64,000 nucleotides of DNA from an uncultured Acidimicrobiales bacterium (lineage in GTDB: Bacteria > Actinomycetota > Acidimicrobiia > Acidimicrobiales > SZUA-35), in assembly GCA_937958015.1 (NCBI GenBank), contig CALGOA010000050.1, positions 221 through 64,220 on the forward strand, written 5' to 3'. Position 1 is the first letter of the stretch; every line of letters starts with the position of its first letter. Shown one piece after another: positions 20,571 to 29,963 of this stretch. Under the pieces are notes generated by a model that saw only the letters and a program-made list of their open reading frames with translations, did not search any database and was not told where the DNA came from. The translations under genes were made by a program, and so were the position numbers.

Positions 20571-21602
20571 TTATTGGTTCGGCCCGAGCACCCCTCGTTC
20601 GTGGCCCACTTCGCCCTTCAGCAGTTTCTCCTGAGCCCAGTCGAGGTCTCTCCCGTCGAAGCACACGCGGCTGAGGTAGGAGGCGATCGGCATCATCACA
20701 TCGTGCTCCTTCGCCAATTCGAGAACGGCACGTGTGGCCTTCACCCCCTCCGCCACCTGTGACATCTCCTCGAGGATTTGATCGAGCGACTTTCCTTCGC
20801 CGAGCATCCGGCCGACGTGGCCGTTTCGGCTCTGGGGACTGATGCAGGTGGCGATCAGGTCTCCCATCCCAGCCAGACCCGCCAGGGTCAGCGCCTCACC
20901 GCCCAGAGCGGTGCCCAGTTCGATCAGTTCGGCGAGGCCCCGGGTGATGACGCTGGCTCGAGCGTTGTCGCCCAGGTTCCGGCCCTCGACCGTGCCGGCG
21001 ACCACGGCGTACACGTTCTTCAGCGCACCACCGAGCTCGCAACCGACAACGTCGTGGTTGGTAAAGACCCGAAACGTGGAGGTGGTGAACACCGATTGGA
21101 GTTCGGCGGCGATCTTGTGTTCGGTGAGAGCGATCACCGCAGCTGCAGGGTTGCCGGCCAGGATTTCCTTCGCCAGGTTCGGGCCGGTCAGCACGCCGAT
21201 GGGACGGCTGGGAAGTTCCTCACCGATGATCTGGGTCATGCGTTTGTTCGTCTCGGCTTCGAACCCCTTCGCCAGGCTGATGACCGGGACCCACGGTCGG
21301 AGCAGGGGAGCGGCTCGCTGACAGACCTCGCGGAACGCCCCGGTGGGTACACCCATGACCAGAAGGTCGGTGTTGGTGACCAACTCGTCGAAGTCGCTGC
21401 TGGCGACAAGGTTGGGGTGAAGGTCGTAGTCGGCGAGGTACCGCAGGTTGCGGTGCTGGTCATTGATCGCCGCAACGGTCGCATCGTCCCGGGCCCAGAG
21501 CCGTGTCGGGTTGTTGTGGGCGGCGAGGTGAGCCACCGTCGTGCCCCACGAGCCACCGCCAAGCACCGTGACCCGTAGTTGTCGAGAGCTCTGATCAGCC
21601 AT
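20571..21602 (-). CDS. gpsA: NAD(P)H-dependent glycerol-3-phosphate dehydrogenase
   Basis: GGGSWGT, GPNLAKE, GGALKNV, GMGDLIATC.S..SRN. Confidence 0.93.
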   Translation of the reverse strand: MADQSSRQLRVTVLGGGSWGTTVAHLAAHNNPTRLWARDDATVAAINDQHRNLRYLADYDLHPNLVASSDFDELVTNTDLLVMGVPTGAFREVCQRAAPLLRPWVPVISLAKGFEAETNKRMTQIIGEELPSRPIGVLTGPNLAKEILAGNPAAAVIALTEHKIAAELQSVFTTSTFRVFTNHDVVGCELGGALKNVYAVVAGTVEGRNLGDNARASVITRGLAELIELGTALGGEALTLAGLAGMGDLIATCISPQSRNGHVGRMLGEGKSLDQILEEMSQVAEGVKATRAVLELAKEHDVMMPIASYLSRVCFDGRDLDWAQEKLLKGEVGHERGVLGPNQ

Positions 21603-21671
21603 GACTCATCCTGCCCCACCGGTGCCACGCGTGCGAACCGAAGCCGGGACGATCGCCGGCTCGTCGTGGCG

Positions 21672-23222
21672 TCAGATGAAGGATTGACCCTCTTCGGGTG
21701 CTTCGCCGAGATCCTCGGCAACACCGGCCAAAAGAGCGTCACCCTTTCGGTCGGTGCTTGACCAGTCGGGATCGAGGGCGCGGCATCGGACCCGAACCGG
21801 CACCATCACATGCTCAGCCCGTTCGAATTCCCACAGCAGCGCCGGTCGATAGCCGTGCCATCGAAGAGCAGCCGAGACCGAGCCGAAAGCGGTTTCGATC
21901 GAGTGGAGCTCGACCGACCCACCCCGCCAGGCGCTGGCGAAGTTCGGGAACAGGTCGATCTCGGGTGCACCGTCGATCGAATCCTCCCGTACCAACAGCG
22001 ACCGAAGATCCGAGAGTGCACGGGCTGCTGGGGTGGCGTCGTCCTCACGCCACGAACCGGTCTCCGATGCCTGCTGCAACCGCTCGGAGATCGACGCCAC
22101 CGTGGCGGGTTCGTCCCACGGGCCATATCCCGACGACCTGTCAATTGAGGCGGCCGCCTGATGGTCGCCCGATATGGCGCTGATGCGCGCTAGGGCGCTG
22201 TGGGCTCTCGCCGCTGCGGCCGGTGACCCACGTTTCGCCGAAGACTGGGCGATCTGGATTGCCGCAGGCAGGAATTCCTCCGCCCACTGGGGCGCATACA
22301 TCGCACACGCCCATCCGATCCCGTCGATCACGGCGGCCTGTGGCTCGGCTGGGGTATTCCGTTTACGACGGGGTGGAACCCAAAGGTCGGTCAGCAGCGA
22401 GCGGAGCACCTCGATCGCTTCCCGGGCCATGCCGCCATGGCATAACGCCGCCAGCTCATCGCCGGCTCCCGCCTCAACTGCGGAGATCCGAGACGCGAGA
22501 TCGTGGGTGGATAACGACAGTCGGCCCCGGCTCTGATCGAAGAGGGCGGTCATGCGGTCGTCGGGCAACACCACCCGGGAGTCCCGGGCGATCAGGGTGT
22601 CCCAGCCGCTGATCGCTTCGTCGGCGGAGGGGAGGGGTCGGTCGGGCGTCGGTCCAACTGAGGCGTCGATCATGACCACTCGCAGGGTGGCACGATGAGG
22701 CAATGGCACGATCGCGGCATCCGGCTCCGGCACCAGATCTCGACGTTCAGAACTGAGCCATAGCGTCGTTTGGTCCGCGTCGATCCGATCGGCATGGATC
22801 TCTACCGAGGGCTCGGATGCGGAACCAGCGAGGTCGTAGGGCCGGATGGCCAACGCAAGACCAACGGGTGTTGCCGTGTCGTTTTCGAACTCGACCACGA
22901 CGGCGGAACCGCCCGGATGCCGGCTGGCCCAGCACCGTTGGATCAGATCTCCCCCCGGGATTCGAACCGCGGTCTGAACCACCGGACCAGCGCCCAAGCG
23001 GCTCTGTCGAACGGCGGCTTCGCTGGCGGGAGTGTGTAGACGATCCTCTGCAGCGATCCAAAAGTCCAGGGTCCACGAGGCACTGAGTAGCTGGATCGCT
23101 CCGCCCCGGTCGACCCTGGCAACCGGTTGTTCGCCGAAGACGCCGAGCAGGGTGGAGCCTGAATCACCGGGCCGGATCTGGCCCCGGGGACCCGAGGGGG
23201 GTGTAAAGGCGGTGGCGGTCAC
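21672..23222 (-). CDS. Hypothetical protein (possibly a degenerate glycoside-hydrolase-like fold)
   Basis: 516-aa ORF with a beta-rich N-terminus, helical middle and beta C-terminus (T.FG.VS..LRWHG.RPALLWE); no catalytic motif recognised. Confidence 0.65.
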   Translation of the reverse strand: MTATAFTPPSGPRGQIRPGDSGSTLLGVFGEQPVARVDRGGAIQLLSASWTLDFWIAAEDRLHTPASEAAVRQSRLGAGPVVQTAVRIPGGDLIQRCWASRHPGGSAVVVEFENDTATPVGLALAIRPYDLAGSASEPSVEIHADRIDADQTTLWLSSERRDLVPEPDAAIVPLPHRATLRVVMIDASVGPTPDRPLPSADEAISGWDTLIARDSRVVLPDDRMTALFDQSRGRLSLSTHDLASRISAVEAGAGDELAALCHGGMAREAIEVLRSLLTDLWVPPRRKRNTPAEPQAAVIDGIGWACAMYAPQWAEEFLPAAIQIAQSSAKRGSPAAAARAHSALARISAISGDHQAAASIDRSSGYGPWDEPATVASISERLQQASETGSWREDDATPAARALSDLRSLLVREDSIDGAPEIDLFPNFASAWRGGSVELHSIETAFGSVSAALRWHGYRPALLWEFERAEHVMVPVRVRCRALDPDWSSTDRKGDALLAGVAEDLGEAPEEGQSFI

Positions 23223-23257
23223 AACGAGACAACGTACCGCCAGTACGATCGGCAGGG

Positions 23258-23959
23258 ATGACCACAGCCGTTCCCAAGCTCAGAAAAGCGTTGAAGAAGT
23301 CTTCGCCGGGGCTTCGGATTGAACGCGAACTGTGGGACGACGGCTGCGACCTTGTCGTCGGCATCGATGAAGTGGGGAAAGGTTCGTGGGCCGGTCCGTT
23401 GACGTTGGGCGCCGTCGTCGTGCCCAAGGATCGGCGAATCTACAAGTTGCGCGACTCCAAGCAGCTTCGACCCGGCGAGCGGGAGGCGATGTACGAGCGC
23501 ATCGTGAACTGGGTCGACGCATGGTCGATCGGTCATGCCTCGCCCGCCGAGTGTGATCGGCTGGGGATGTCGGCGGCCCAGAAACTGGCGGCCCGTCGTG
23601 CCATCGACGGACTGGGGCTGGATCGGGCCCCCGACGCCATCGTGATCGATGGCAACTGGGACTTCGTCGGTCATCCACGGACCGTGAAGCTGGTGAAAGG
23701 CGACAGCATCTCGCTTTCGATCGCGGCCGCCTCGATTCTGGCCAAGGTCACGCGGGATCGGATGATGATCGCCGATGCGGAGAGTTATCCCGGCTTCGAT
23801 TTCGAGGCCAACAAGGGATATCCGTGCCCGCGCCACAAACTTGCGTTGCAGGCCTTCGGGCCCACCACGATCCATCGCCGGTCGTGGGTCTTCATGGACA
23901 ACCTGATGTGGACGGGAACCCCCCGGGTCGCGCCGGGTTCACAGCTGACGCTGTTGTAG
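23258..23959 (+). CDS. rnhB: Ribonuclease HII
   Basis: GIDEVGKG, RDSKQL, IDGN, KGD..S.SIAAASILAKVTRD, KGY, HRRSW. Confidence 0.93.
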   Translation: MTTAVPKLRKALKKSSPGLRIERELWDDGCDLVVGIDEVGKGSWAGPLTLGAVVVPKDRRIYKLRDSKQLRPGEREAMYERIVNWVDAWSIGHASPAECDRLGMSAAQKLAARRAIDGLGLDRAPDAIVIDGNWDFVGHPRTVKLVKGDSISLSIAAASILAKVTRDRMMIADAESYPGFDFEANKGYPCPRHKLALQAFGPTTIHRRSWVFMDNLMWTGTPRVAPGSQLTLL

Positions 23960-23974
23960 TTCGGTCCCGGTGGT

Positions 23975-25033
23975 CTAGCCCGCGATCACCACGGCGTAAC
24001 CGGGGCGGTCCAGCTGAGTGATGGTGCCGCTGGACGGTTCGATCACCAATGCCGGCAGATCGCCGGAGCCATCGGCGTTGGCCGCTCGGCTGACGACAAC
24101 CTTGCCGCCGGCGATGTCAACGCGAGTTGGATACCAGCCGTCGGCCGGACGTTCGAGGTCCACCCGGGTGAGTTCAGCGAAGTTCGATGCGCTGTTCAGA
24201 ACCAGATCGAAGCCGGTTTCGGTTTCTGCGACCGCCACCTGGAAGACGGTTGCGCCGTCGGATCCGATCGTCACGGCCTCGGTGCAATCGGTAGAACGTT
24301 CATCGCAGGTTCCCAGATCGGCTTCGGGAGTGCCGAACAGTTTCTGGCCCGAGGCGAGGGAAACGGTCGTCCAGCCAGCCCCCGAACCCTCCAGATACAC
24401 CGCTGACACGTAGCCGCCGTTGATCGAGATCCGTTCCGGGAACTCGCCGTCGCGAGCCACATCGGCGATGACCGAACCGTTCTCACCGCCGAGATCGACC
24501 CGCTCAAGGGAGGCGGACCCCGAGGTCTCGTTGGTGCGCAGGAAGACAACTTCGTTGGCGCCACCGATCGATTCGACGCCGACGAGCGAGATTCGTTCGC
24601 CGCTTCCAGCCTCGGCGACGTCGGTTTCCACCGCCGCCGCATCACGGCGCACGATCGGACCGTCGGTCGAACGCTGGAACACGAGCCCACCGGTGCCGTC
24701 GTAGTCGGCGATCACGGCGGCTTCCACCACGAGGTGGGCCTTGCCGTTGGGGTCGAGCCACCAGACGCCGTCGTCGCCTGCGACGGCCACGGTGAGGCCG
24801 TCGGGTTCGGTCTCGAACGTGGGACCGGCGACGGCCGGATCGATTCGGGTCGTCGTGGTGACCTCTTCGGGTTCTGGTTCGGTGACCGGTTGTTCACGGT
24901 CGTCGTCCTCGCCGGCGAAGGGCAGATCGGTCGTTCCGGCATCCTCGAGTTGGCCGCCAGCAGTGGAACAAGACGCGGCCCCAAGCGCCGTCAGGGCCAG
25001 GATCGAAAGAGTAGTGCGCAGGATCGGGGACAT
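23975..25033 (-). CDS. Lipoprotein of unknown function (beta-rich)
   Basis: Lipobox GAASC, acidic/Thr linker, paralogous to 25082..26236. Confidence 0.75.
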   Translation of the reverse strand: MSPILRTTLSILALTALGAASCSTAGGQLEDAGTTDLPFAGEDDDREQPVTEPEPEEVTTTTRIDPAVAGPTFETEPDGLTVAVAGDDGVWWLDPNGKAHLVVEAAVIADYDGTGGLVFQRSTDGPIVRRDAAAVETDVAEAGSGERISLVGVESIGGANEVVFLRTNETSGSASLERVDLGGENGSVIADVARDGEFPERISINGGYVSAVYLEGSGAGWTTVSLASGQKLFGTPEADLGTCDERSTDCTEAVTIGSDGATVFQVAVAETETGFDLVLNSASNFAELTRVDLERPADGWYPTRVDIAGGKVVVSRAANADGSGDLPALVIEPSSGTITQLDRPGYAVVIAG

Positions 25034-25081
25034 CGGGCCTCACTGTGAGGTTCGAGGGTTGGCGCCCGAAGACGCCGCCGA

Positions 25082-26236
25082 TCAGGGCAAACGGACGAAT
25101 CCGACCTCGCTGAGCGGCTCAACCGAACCCGAATCGGGATCGATCACTACTCCTGTTGTCGGCCGAATTCGGTTCGGATCAACCGATCGGGAGAGAAGAA
25201 TTCTCCCGTCGGGAAGCTCCGACATGTGCTCGGGATACCACTCGCCCTCGAGGTCGGTTAGCTCGACCCGTGCGGTCACCTGTCCGTTCTCGGAAAGGGA
25301 GACCAACAGGTCGTATTGACCCGGCAGTGCATCGGCGGTCGACGGCACGATCCGGAAGACCGAATCGATGTCGAGCGACAAGGATGCGAGGCGGGCACAG
25401 GTGGTTCCGACACCGGCGGCGCACGCCGCTTCGATATCGGGGAAGCTGCCGCCGATGGCTCGACCGGTGCCGCTCTGATAGACGGTCCAACCAGCGGCAT
25501 TCGGACGTTCCCACGTGGTGACGATGAATTGCCCGTCGACCTGGGTCGATTTCGATCCGAACTCGGCGTCGTCGACCACGGTGAGTTCTGTAACGACCAG
25601 AGTTTCGAGGTTGATGCGATTGAGTGAACGATTCGTCGACTCGGGGGACGTGACGCTGAAGACCGCTTCGGCCGATCCGCTGACGGTCGTGACCCCGTGT
25701 AGTTCCACCCGCTGCGCACCCTCGGGGATGAAGATGGCATCGGGCGTGATCGAACCGACCGGTTGCCACAGGATCGAGCTTTGCGGACCGGGCACGAGTT
25801 CTCGCTGGAAGACGACACCGCCACGGGTGTCACCGGCCACCCGAACCGCGTCGTCGCGTTGGAGCAACGTGACCCCACCATCGGGTTCGATCAGCTTGAT
25901 CGAGTCGCTGAAGGTGAGGATGGCCACGTCGAGGCCCGTCGGGTCGGCGTCGTCGGGTTCGACATCGTCGGCGGGAGTTGTGGTGGTGGTTGGCGCAGCG
26001 GTTGTTGTGGTGGCCTCGGTCGTAGTGGTGGCCTCGGTCGTCACGCCGCCGACGGCCGGTTCGGTATCACCAGCCAGATTGGGGTCACCCAACTGGGTGT
26101 CGGCGTTGGAGCACGCGGCGGCGAAGAGTGCACAGGCCAATAGGGCGCCGATGGCCCGGAAACGGGCGGCAACGGGACGTGCGGGGCGTCGCCGGGGGAG
26201 ATGTTGATGGATGTACCACGCCACCCCTCTATTCAA
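25082..26236 (-). CDS. Lipoprotein of unknown function (beta-rich)
   Basis: Lipobox AAAC, Thr-rich linker, paralogous to 23975..25033; start uncertain. Confidence 0.75.
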   Translation of the reverse strand: MNRGVAWYIHQHLPRRRPARPVAARFRAIGALLACALFAAACSNADTQLGDPNLAGDTEPAVGGVTTEATTTTEATTTTAAPTTTTTPADDVEPDDADPTGLDVAILTFSDSIKLIEPDGGVTLLQRDDAVRVAGDTRGGVVFQRELVPGPQSSILWQPVGSITPDAIFIPEGAQRVELHGVTTVSGSAEAVFSVTSPESTNRSLNRINLETLVVTELTVVDDAEFGSKSTQVDGQFIVTTWERPNAAGWTVYQSGTGRAIGGSFPDIEAACAAGVGTTCARLASLSLDIDSVFRIVPSTADALPGQYDLLVSLSENGQVTARVELTDLEGEWYPEHMSELPDGRILLSRSVDPNRIRPTTGVVIDPDSGSVEPLSEVGFVRLP

Positions 26237-26330
26237 TCACTCCGACCCCTCGGACTGGTGTTCTAACGGCACTGATCGATTCGAGGTTTTGCTGCTTGCC
26301 TCAACAGGAAAAACGGCTCATGATCGGGGC

Positions 26331-27431
26331 ATGAGCAACGCTGGGGAAGTGGTGAAATGGTTCGATGGCACAACGGAGGTATCGATTCCACTCCGCTGGT
26401 TGCGGTTTGAGTGCCCCTGCGAAGACTGTCGCGTGGCCCAAACCAACGAGCGCCGTTGGCTTCCGGGCGACATCGCCGAGTTCTCCGCAGCAGAAATACT
26501 GTCGGGTGACGATGGCATCGATGTCAGTTGGATCTCGGGCCACCACACCCACTTCGATGCAGCCAGGCTGCGTCGGAGCCTCGGAATTCGCGATCGGGCC
26601 CGCAGTCGTCCGCGGCTCTGGGGCGGGGGAGGGGAACCGACCCGATTCGATCACGATCTCGTGGCCAACGATCCCAACGTGATGCTGGAGTTCATGTGTT
26701 GTTTCCGAGACGAGGGCACGGCCATCCTCACTGGAACCCCTTCGGTTTCGGGGCAGCTGGAGCAGACGATGTCGATGCTGGCGCTGCCCCTGCGGGAGAC
26801 GTTCAGCGAACGTATTCACGACGTCTTCGTCGATCCGGCCGGCTACAACATCGCCCACACCAGCGAGGCGCTGCCGCCGCACTCGGACTACCCGTCCTAC
26901 ACCCACCCGCCCTCGGGTCAGGTCCTACACATGTTGGTCAACGAGTGCAGCGGCGGAGACTCGTTCGTAGTCGACGGCTGGAACGCAGTGGAGAACCTGC
27001 GGGCGGAGTCGCCCGAACTGGCAGAGATTCTGGCCGAGGTGCCGATTCCGTTTCGGCAGTACTCGATCGACCGCGAGTCGTTTGCCCGGTCGCCGTTGGT
27101 AGCCACCGATCGTCACGGCAACGTCGTCGGGTTCCGGTACTCCAATCAGCTGATGCAGCCCCTTGCCGCTGATCATCCGCAGTTCGATGAGTGGATGGAC
27201 GCCTACGTCCGGCTGACCGAATTGGTAACAGATCCGTCGAATCACCGGATCTTCCGCCTGGATGCGGGCGATGCGCTCTTCGTTCACGGTCACCGCGTGC
27301 TCCACGCCAGAACCGAATTCAGCGTCGATGGCAAACGGCACCTGCAGGACTGTTACTTTGATTTTGATGACATTCTCGCACGGGTTGACCGGTTGTCGGG
27401 TCTCGCCGACGCCAAGGTGGTGAGTGGTTAA
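26331..27431 (+). CDS. TauD/TfdA Fe(II)/2-oxoglutarate dioxygenase, gamma-butyrobetaine/trimethyllysine hydroxylase-like
   Basis: N-terminal WLR.ECPC..C Zn motif; HSD...H facial triad; VDG, RVLHAR, RHLQ.CY. Confidence 0.88.
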   Translation: MSNAGEVVKWFDGTTEVSIPLRWLRFECPCEDCRVAQTNERRWLPGDIAEFSAAEILSGDDGIDVSWISGHHTHFDAARLRRSLGIRDRARSRPRLWGGGGEPTRFDHDLVANDPNVMLEFMCCFRDEGTAILTGTPSVSGQLEQTMSMLALPLRETFSERIHDVFVDPAGYNIAHTSEALPPHSDYPSYTHPPSGQVLHMLVNECSGGDSFVVDGWNAVENLRAESPELAEILAEVPIPFRQYSIDRESFARSPLVATDRHGNVVGFRYSNQLMQPLAADHPQFDEWMDAYVRLTELVTDPSNHRIFRLDAGDALFVHGHRVLHARTEFSVDGKRHLQDCYFDFDDILARVDRLSGLADAKVVSG

Positions 27432-27920
27432 GTGGAGCAGTTGAGTCGCGCCGCCCGCTGGGGTGTGCCTCTACTCACGGTTTGGTCGCTGGTCGTCTGG
27501 GGAAGTCGAATCCGCAACATCCTCCGTGACGACGGCGTCGATGTGCCGATCACCTGGCGGCCAAGTCCGGTCATCGATGGATTGCAGGAGAACCGCAGCT
27601 TCTTCCTGTCGGTCTTTTTCATCCTGATCTCGTTTTGGGTTTTCCGCTCGGCCTATGGGCTTTGGCGGGACGGAGCTTCGGATCCGCTCACCTGTGTGTC
27701 GGGCGCTGCGCTCACGCTGGCGCTGGCCAATGTGATCGTGTGGCCCATCAGGGCCTACGGAATTCTGGGGGACGACTGGAGCGGCGCATTCAAGGCCGTG
27801 CACACGCTGCTGGCCACCGTCTCCGTTGTCCTTGGATTGTTGGTACTATTCCACCGCTATGGGAGAGCCGGTAACAGTCGTCCAGTCCGCCACCGCAAAT
27901 CCGTCGCGGATCCGGTTTGA
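27432..27920 (+). CDS. Hypothetical membrane protein (4 TM)
   Basis: Four hydrophobic segments; W..RI.NI and F.AVH..LA motifs; abuts the upstream stop. Confidence 0.7.
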   Translation: MEQLSRAARWGVPLLTVWSLVVWGSRIRNILRDDGVDVPITWRPSPVIDGLQENRSFFLSVFFILISFWVFRSAYGLWRDGASDPLTCVSGAALTLALANVIVWPIRAYGILGDDWSGAFKAVHTLLATVSVVLGLLVLFHRYGRAGNSRPVRHRKSVADPV

Positions 27921-28179
27921 AACCAACCGTTCCTTCACGGGGATGGGCCACGAGCGGTACCTCGACGGCGAAGAGATTCTGGGCGATCGTCCACCGGACG
28001 CCGTAGCCAAGGCGCTGCTGGGCACCGGTCAACTGGACGCGGTTCACGTGTATCAGCAGACGATCACCGTGACCGTTTCGGCCGGCAAGACCGCCGACGG
28101 CCTCAAAGAGATCATCGAGAGCCTCTACACGTACTACAAGCCGGGCGTTCGGGTTCCCACCGAAGCCGACTTCGCCTGA
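27859..28179 (+). CDS. Stand-alone NifU/Nfu N-terminal scaffold-like domain protein
   Basis: T.NP...RFETNRS, A.ALL, V.V....ITV pattern; overlaps the upstream gene by 62 nt. Confidence 0.65.
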   Translation: MGEPVTVVQSATANPSRIRFETNRSFTGMGHERYLDGEEILGDRPPDAVAKALLGTGQLDAVHVYQQTITVTVSAGKTADGLKEIIESLYTYYKPGVRVPTEADFA

Positions 28180-28183
28180 GGGT

Positions 28184-29191
28184 TTGTTTCAACACACCGT
28201 TCCGGCCCGGGTGGGGCTGCTCGGCAATCCATCCGACGGGTACGGCGGACGCACGCTGGCCCTTGCGATTGCCGACCTTGGCGCCACCGTGTCGGTCATC
28301 GAAGATGATGCGGTCCGGATAAGCGGTCCCCGTCCGGACCCGTTCGAGTTCGAATCGGTGGCCGAGTTCTCGGGTTTCGTCGACCGGTACGGCTACGGAA
28401 CGGGCGAACAGTTGCTGGCGGCGACGTTGCGCACCTTCGTCGACCTCGCGTCATCGCAGGGTTGGGCCCTGCCGTCCGGGGTGGACATCAGCTATAACAC
28501 CAGGATTCCCCGCGGCGTTGGGTTGGCCGGTTCGTCGGCGTTGGTGATCGCGCTGTTGCGATGCCTTCTGGACCTCTGTGAGCAGACCCTCGATTCCGAA
28601 CTGTTGCCGTCGCTGGCGCTTTCGGTCGAGGTGGATCAACTTGGCATCTCTGCCGGTCTGCAGGATCGGGTGGTGCAGTCGCTCGGTGGTCTGGTGGCGA
28701 TGGACTTTGGTTCGTTTACCACCGACGCCAGAACCGGACTTCTTCGGGGCGGGTACGAGGCGCTCGACCCGGCCGGGCTTCCCACACTGTTTGTGGCGTA
28801 CTCGTTGGAGGCCGCTGAACCCAGCTCGCAGTACCACGCGGTCCTGCGCCAGCGTTATGACCGGGGTGAACCCCTGACGATTGCCGGCCTGCAGGAGCTG
28901 GCTGGTCTCGTCGCTCGTGGCAAAGCCGCGTTGCGCTGGGGCGGGGCCGGCTTCGGTGACCTGCTCGTGCGGAACATGGAGCTGCGATCGTCGCTGGCGC
29001 CGGTTTCGGACAACCAATTGGCTCTGGTGGACCTGGCCAACGAGTTCGGTTTGCCGAGCACCTTCACCGGTTCGGGTGGTGCAATCGTTGGGGTCTACGA
29101 GGATGGAGCACAGCTCGATGCGCTGGCCGCTGCCATTCCAGACCCCGAGGCTGTGGTTCGACCGATCGAGCCTTTTTCCTACTCCGGCTAA
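28184..29191 (+). CDS. GHMP kinase, glucuronokinase-like
   Basis: ARVGLLGNPSD, IPRGVGLAGSSA, AGLQDRV, FTGSGGA. Confidence 0.82.
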   Translation: MFQHTVPARVGLLGNPSDGYGGRTLALAIADLGATVSVIEDDAVRISGPRPDPFEFESVAEFSGFVDRYGYGTGEQLLAATLRTFVDLASSQGWALPSGVDISYNTRIPRGVGLAGSSALVIALLRCLLDLCEQTLDSELLPSLALSVEVDQLGISAGLQDRVVQSLGGLVAMDFGSFTTDARTGLLRGGYEALDPAGLPTLFVAYSLEAAEPSSQYHAVLRQRYDRGEPLTIAGLQELAGLVARGKAALRWGGAGFGDLLVRNMELRSSLAPVSDNQLALVDLANEFGLPSTFTGSGGAIVGVYEDGAQLDALAAAIPDPEAVVRPIEPFSYSG

Positions 29192-29252
29192 ATATTCGGG
29201 CCGATTCGGCCGAATAGGTAGATGCTTGTAGAAGCAAGCGTATGGAGTAACA

Positions 29253-29921
29253 ATGTCTGTCATCGTCGAAACCAGTATGTTCCCGGGCCCGCAGCCTTCG
29301 GCACCACCGGTGGTTGGATCATCCCCCTCCAATCGCCGGTGGTCCGCCTTCGCTGGTAGTGACATCGTTCGTCGAACCGGAGCACTCGCAGCTTTTGCGT
29401 TGGCGGTCATCATCGTGATGCTGTCGGCTGGGGGTGCGTGGGCTCAGGTCGACACCGACAACGACGGACTTTCCGACGCCGACGAGTCGGGCACGTACGG
29501 GACCGATCCAGCTATTGGAGATTCCGATGGTGACGGCCTTCCCGATGGTGTCGAGGTGGATCTGGGCACCAATCCGCTGGAAGCCGATTCCGACGGTGAC
29601 GGGGCAACCGACGCCGAGGAGTACCTCGCAGGCGACGATCCGCTGGTGGCGGTCGCGGCGCCGGTGGTGGTTGCGGTCACTCAGGTGCCAACGACGGTGC
29701 CCGCCCGTTCCGGAGTTGAAGCCGACGCGGTTCAGACCCAGGTGACCGTGTCGCCCGAGGTAGCCGAGGTGGTGCCGACCGACGTTCTGGCCTTCACCGA
29801 GGTGGGGGCCGAACGCCCTCGTCTGTGGCCGCTCTACATTCTGTTCGCCGTGGCGATCGGCGTGGTGATGTTCCGTGCGGTCGTCAGCATGCCTCAACTC
29901 CACGCCGACCGTACCTACTGA
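29253..29921 (+). CDS. Secreted/membrane-anchored protein with DxDxDG Ca-binding (TSP3-like) repeats
   Basis: Signal ending AWAQ; DTDNDG, DSDGDG x2 with E...GT(D/N)P; C-terminal TM. Confidence 0.75.
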   Translation: MSVIVETSMFPGPQPSAPPVVGSSPSNRRWSAFAGSDIVRRTGALAAFALAVIIVMLSAGGAWAQVDTDNDGLSDADESGTYGTDPAIGDSDGDGLPDGVEVDLGTNPLEADSDGDGATDAEEYLAGDDPLVAVAAPVVVAVTQVPTTVPARSGVEADAVQTQVTVSPEVAEVVPTDVLAFTEVGAERPRLWPLYILFAVAIGVVMFRAVVSMPQLHADRTY

Positions 29922-29963
29922 CCAACCCGCATGGGTCCGGTCTCCTGCTGCTTTGACGACCGT

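Noticed and set aside
29193-29216. Palindrome tattcgggccga-t-tcggccgaata after the kinase gene
   Set aside because: Could be a terminator or operator, but it is single, imperfect and has no U-tract; not enough to call.
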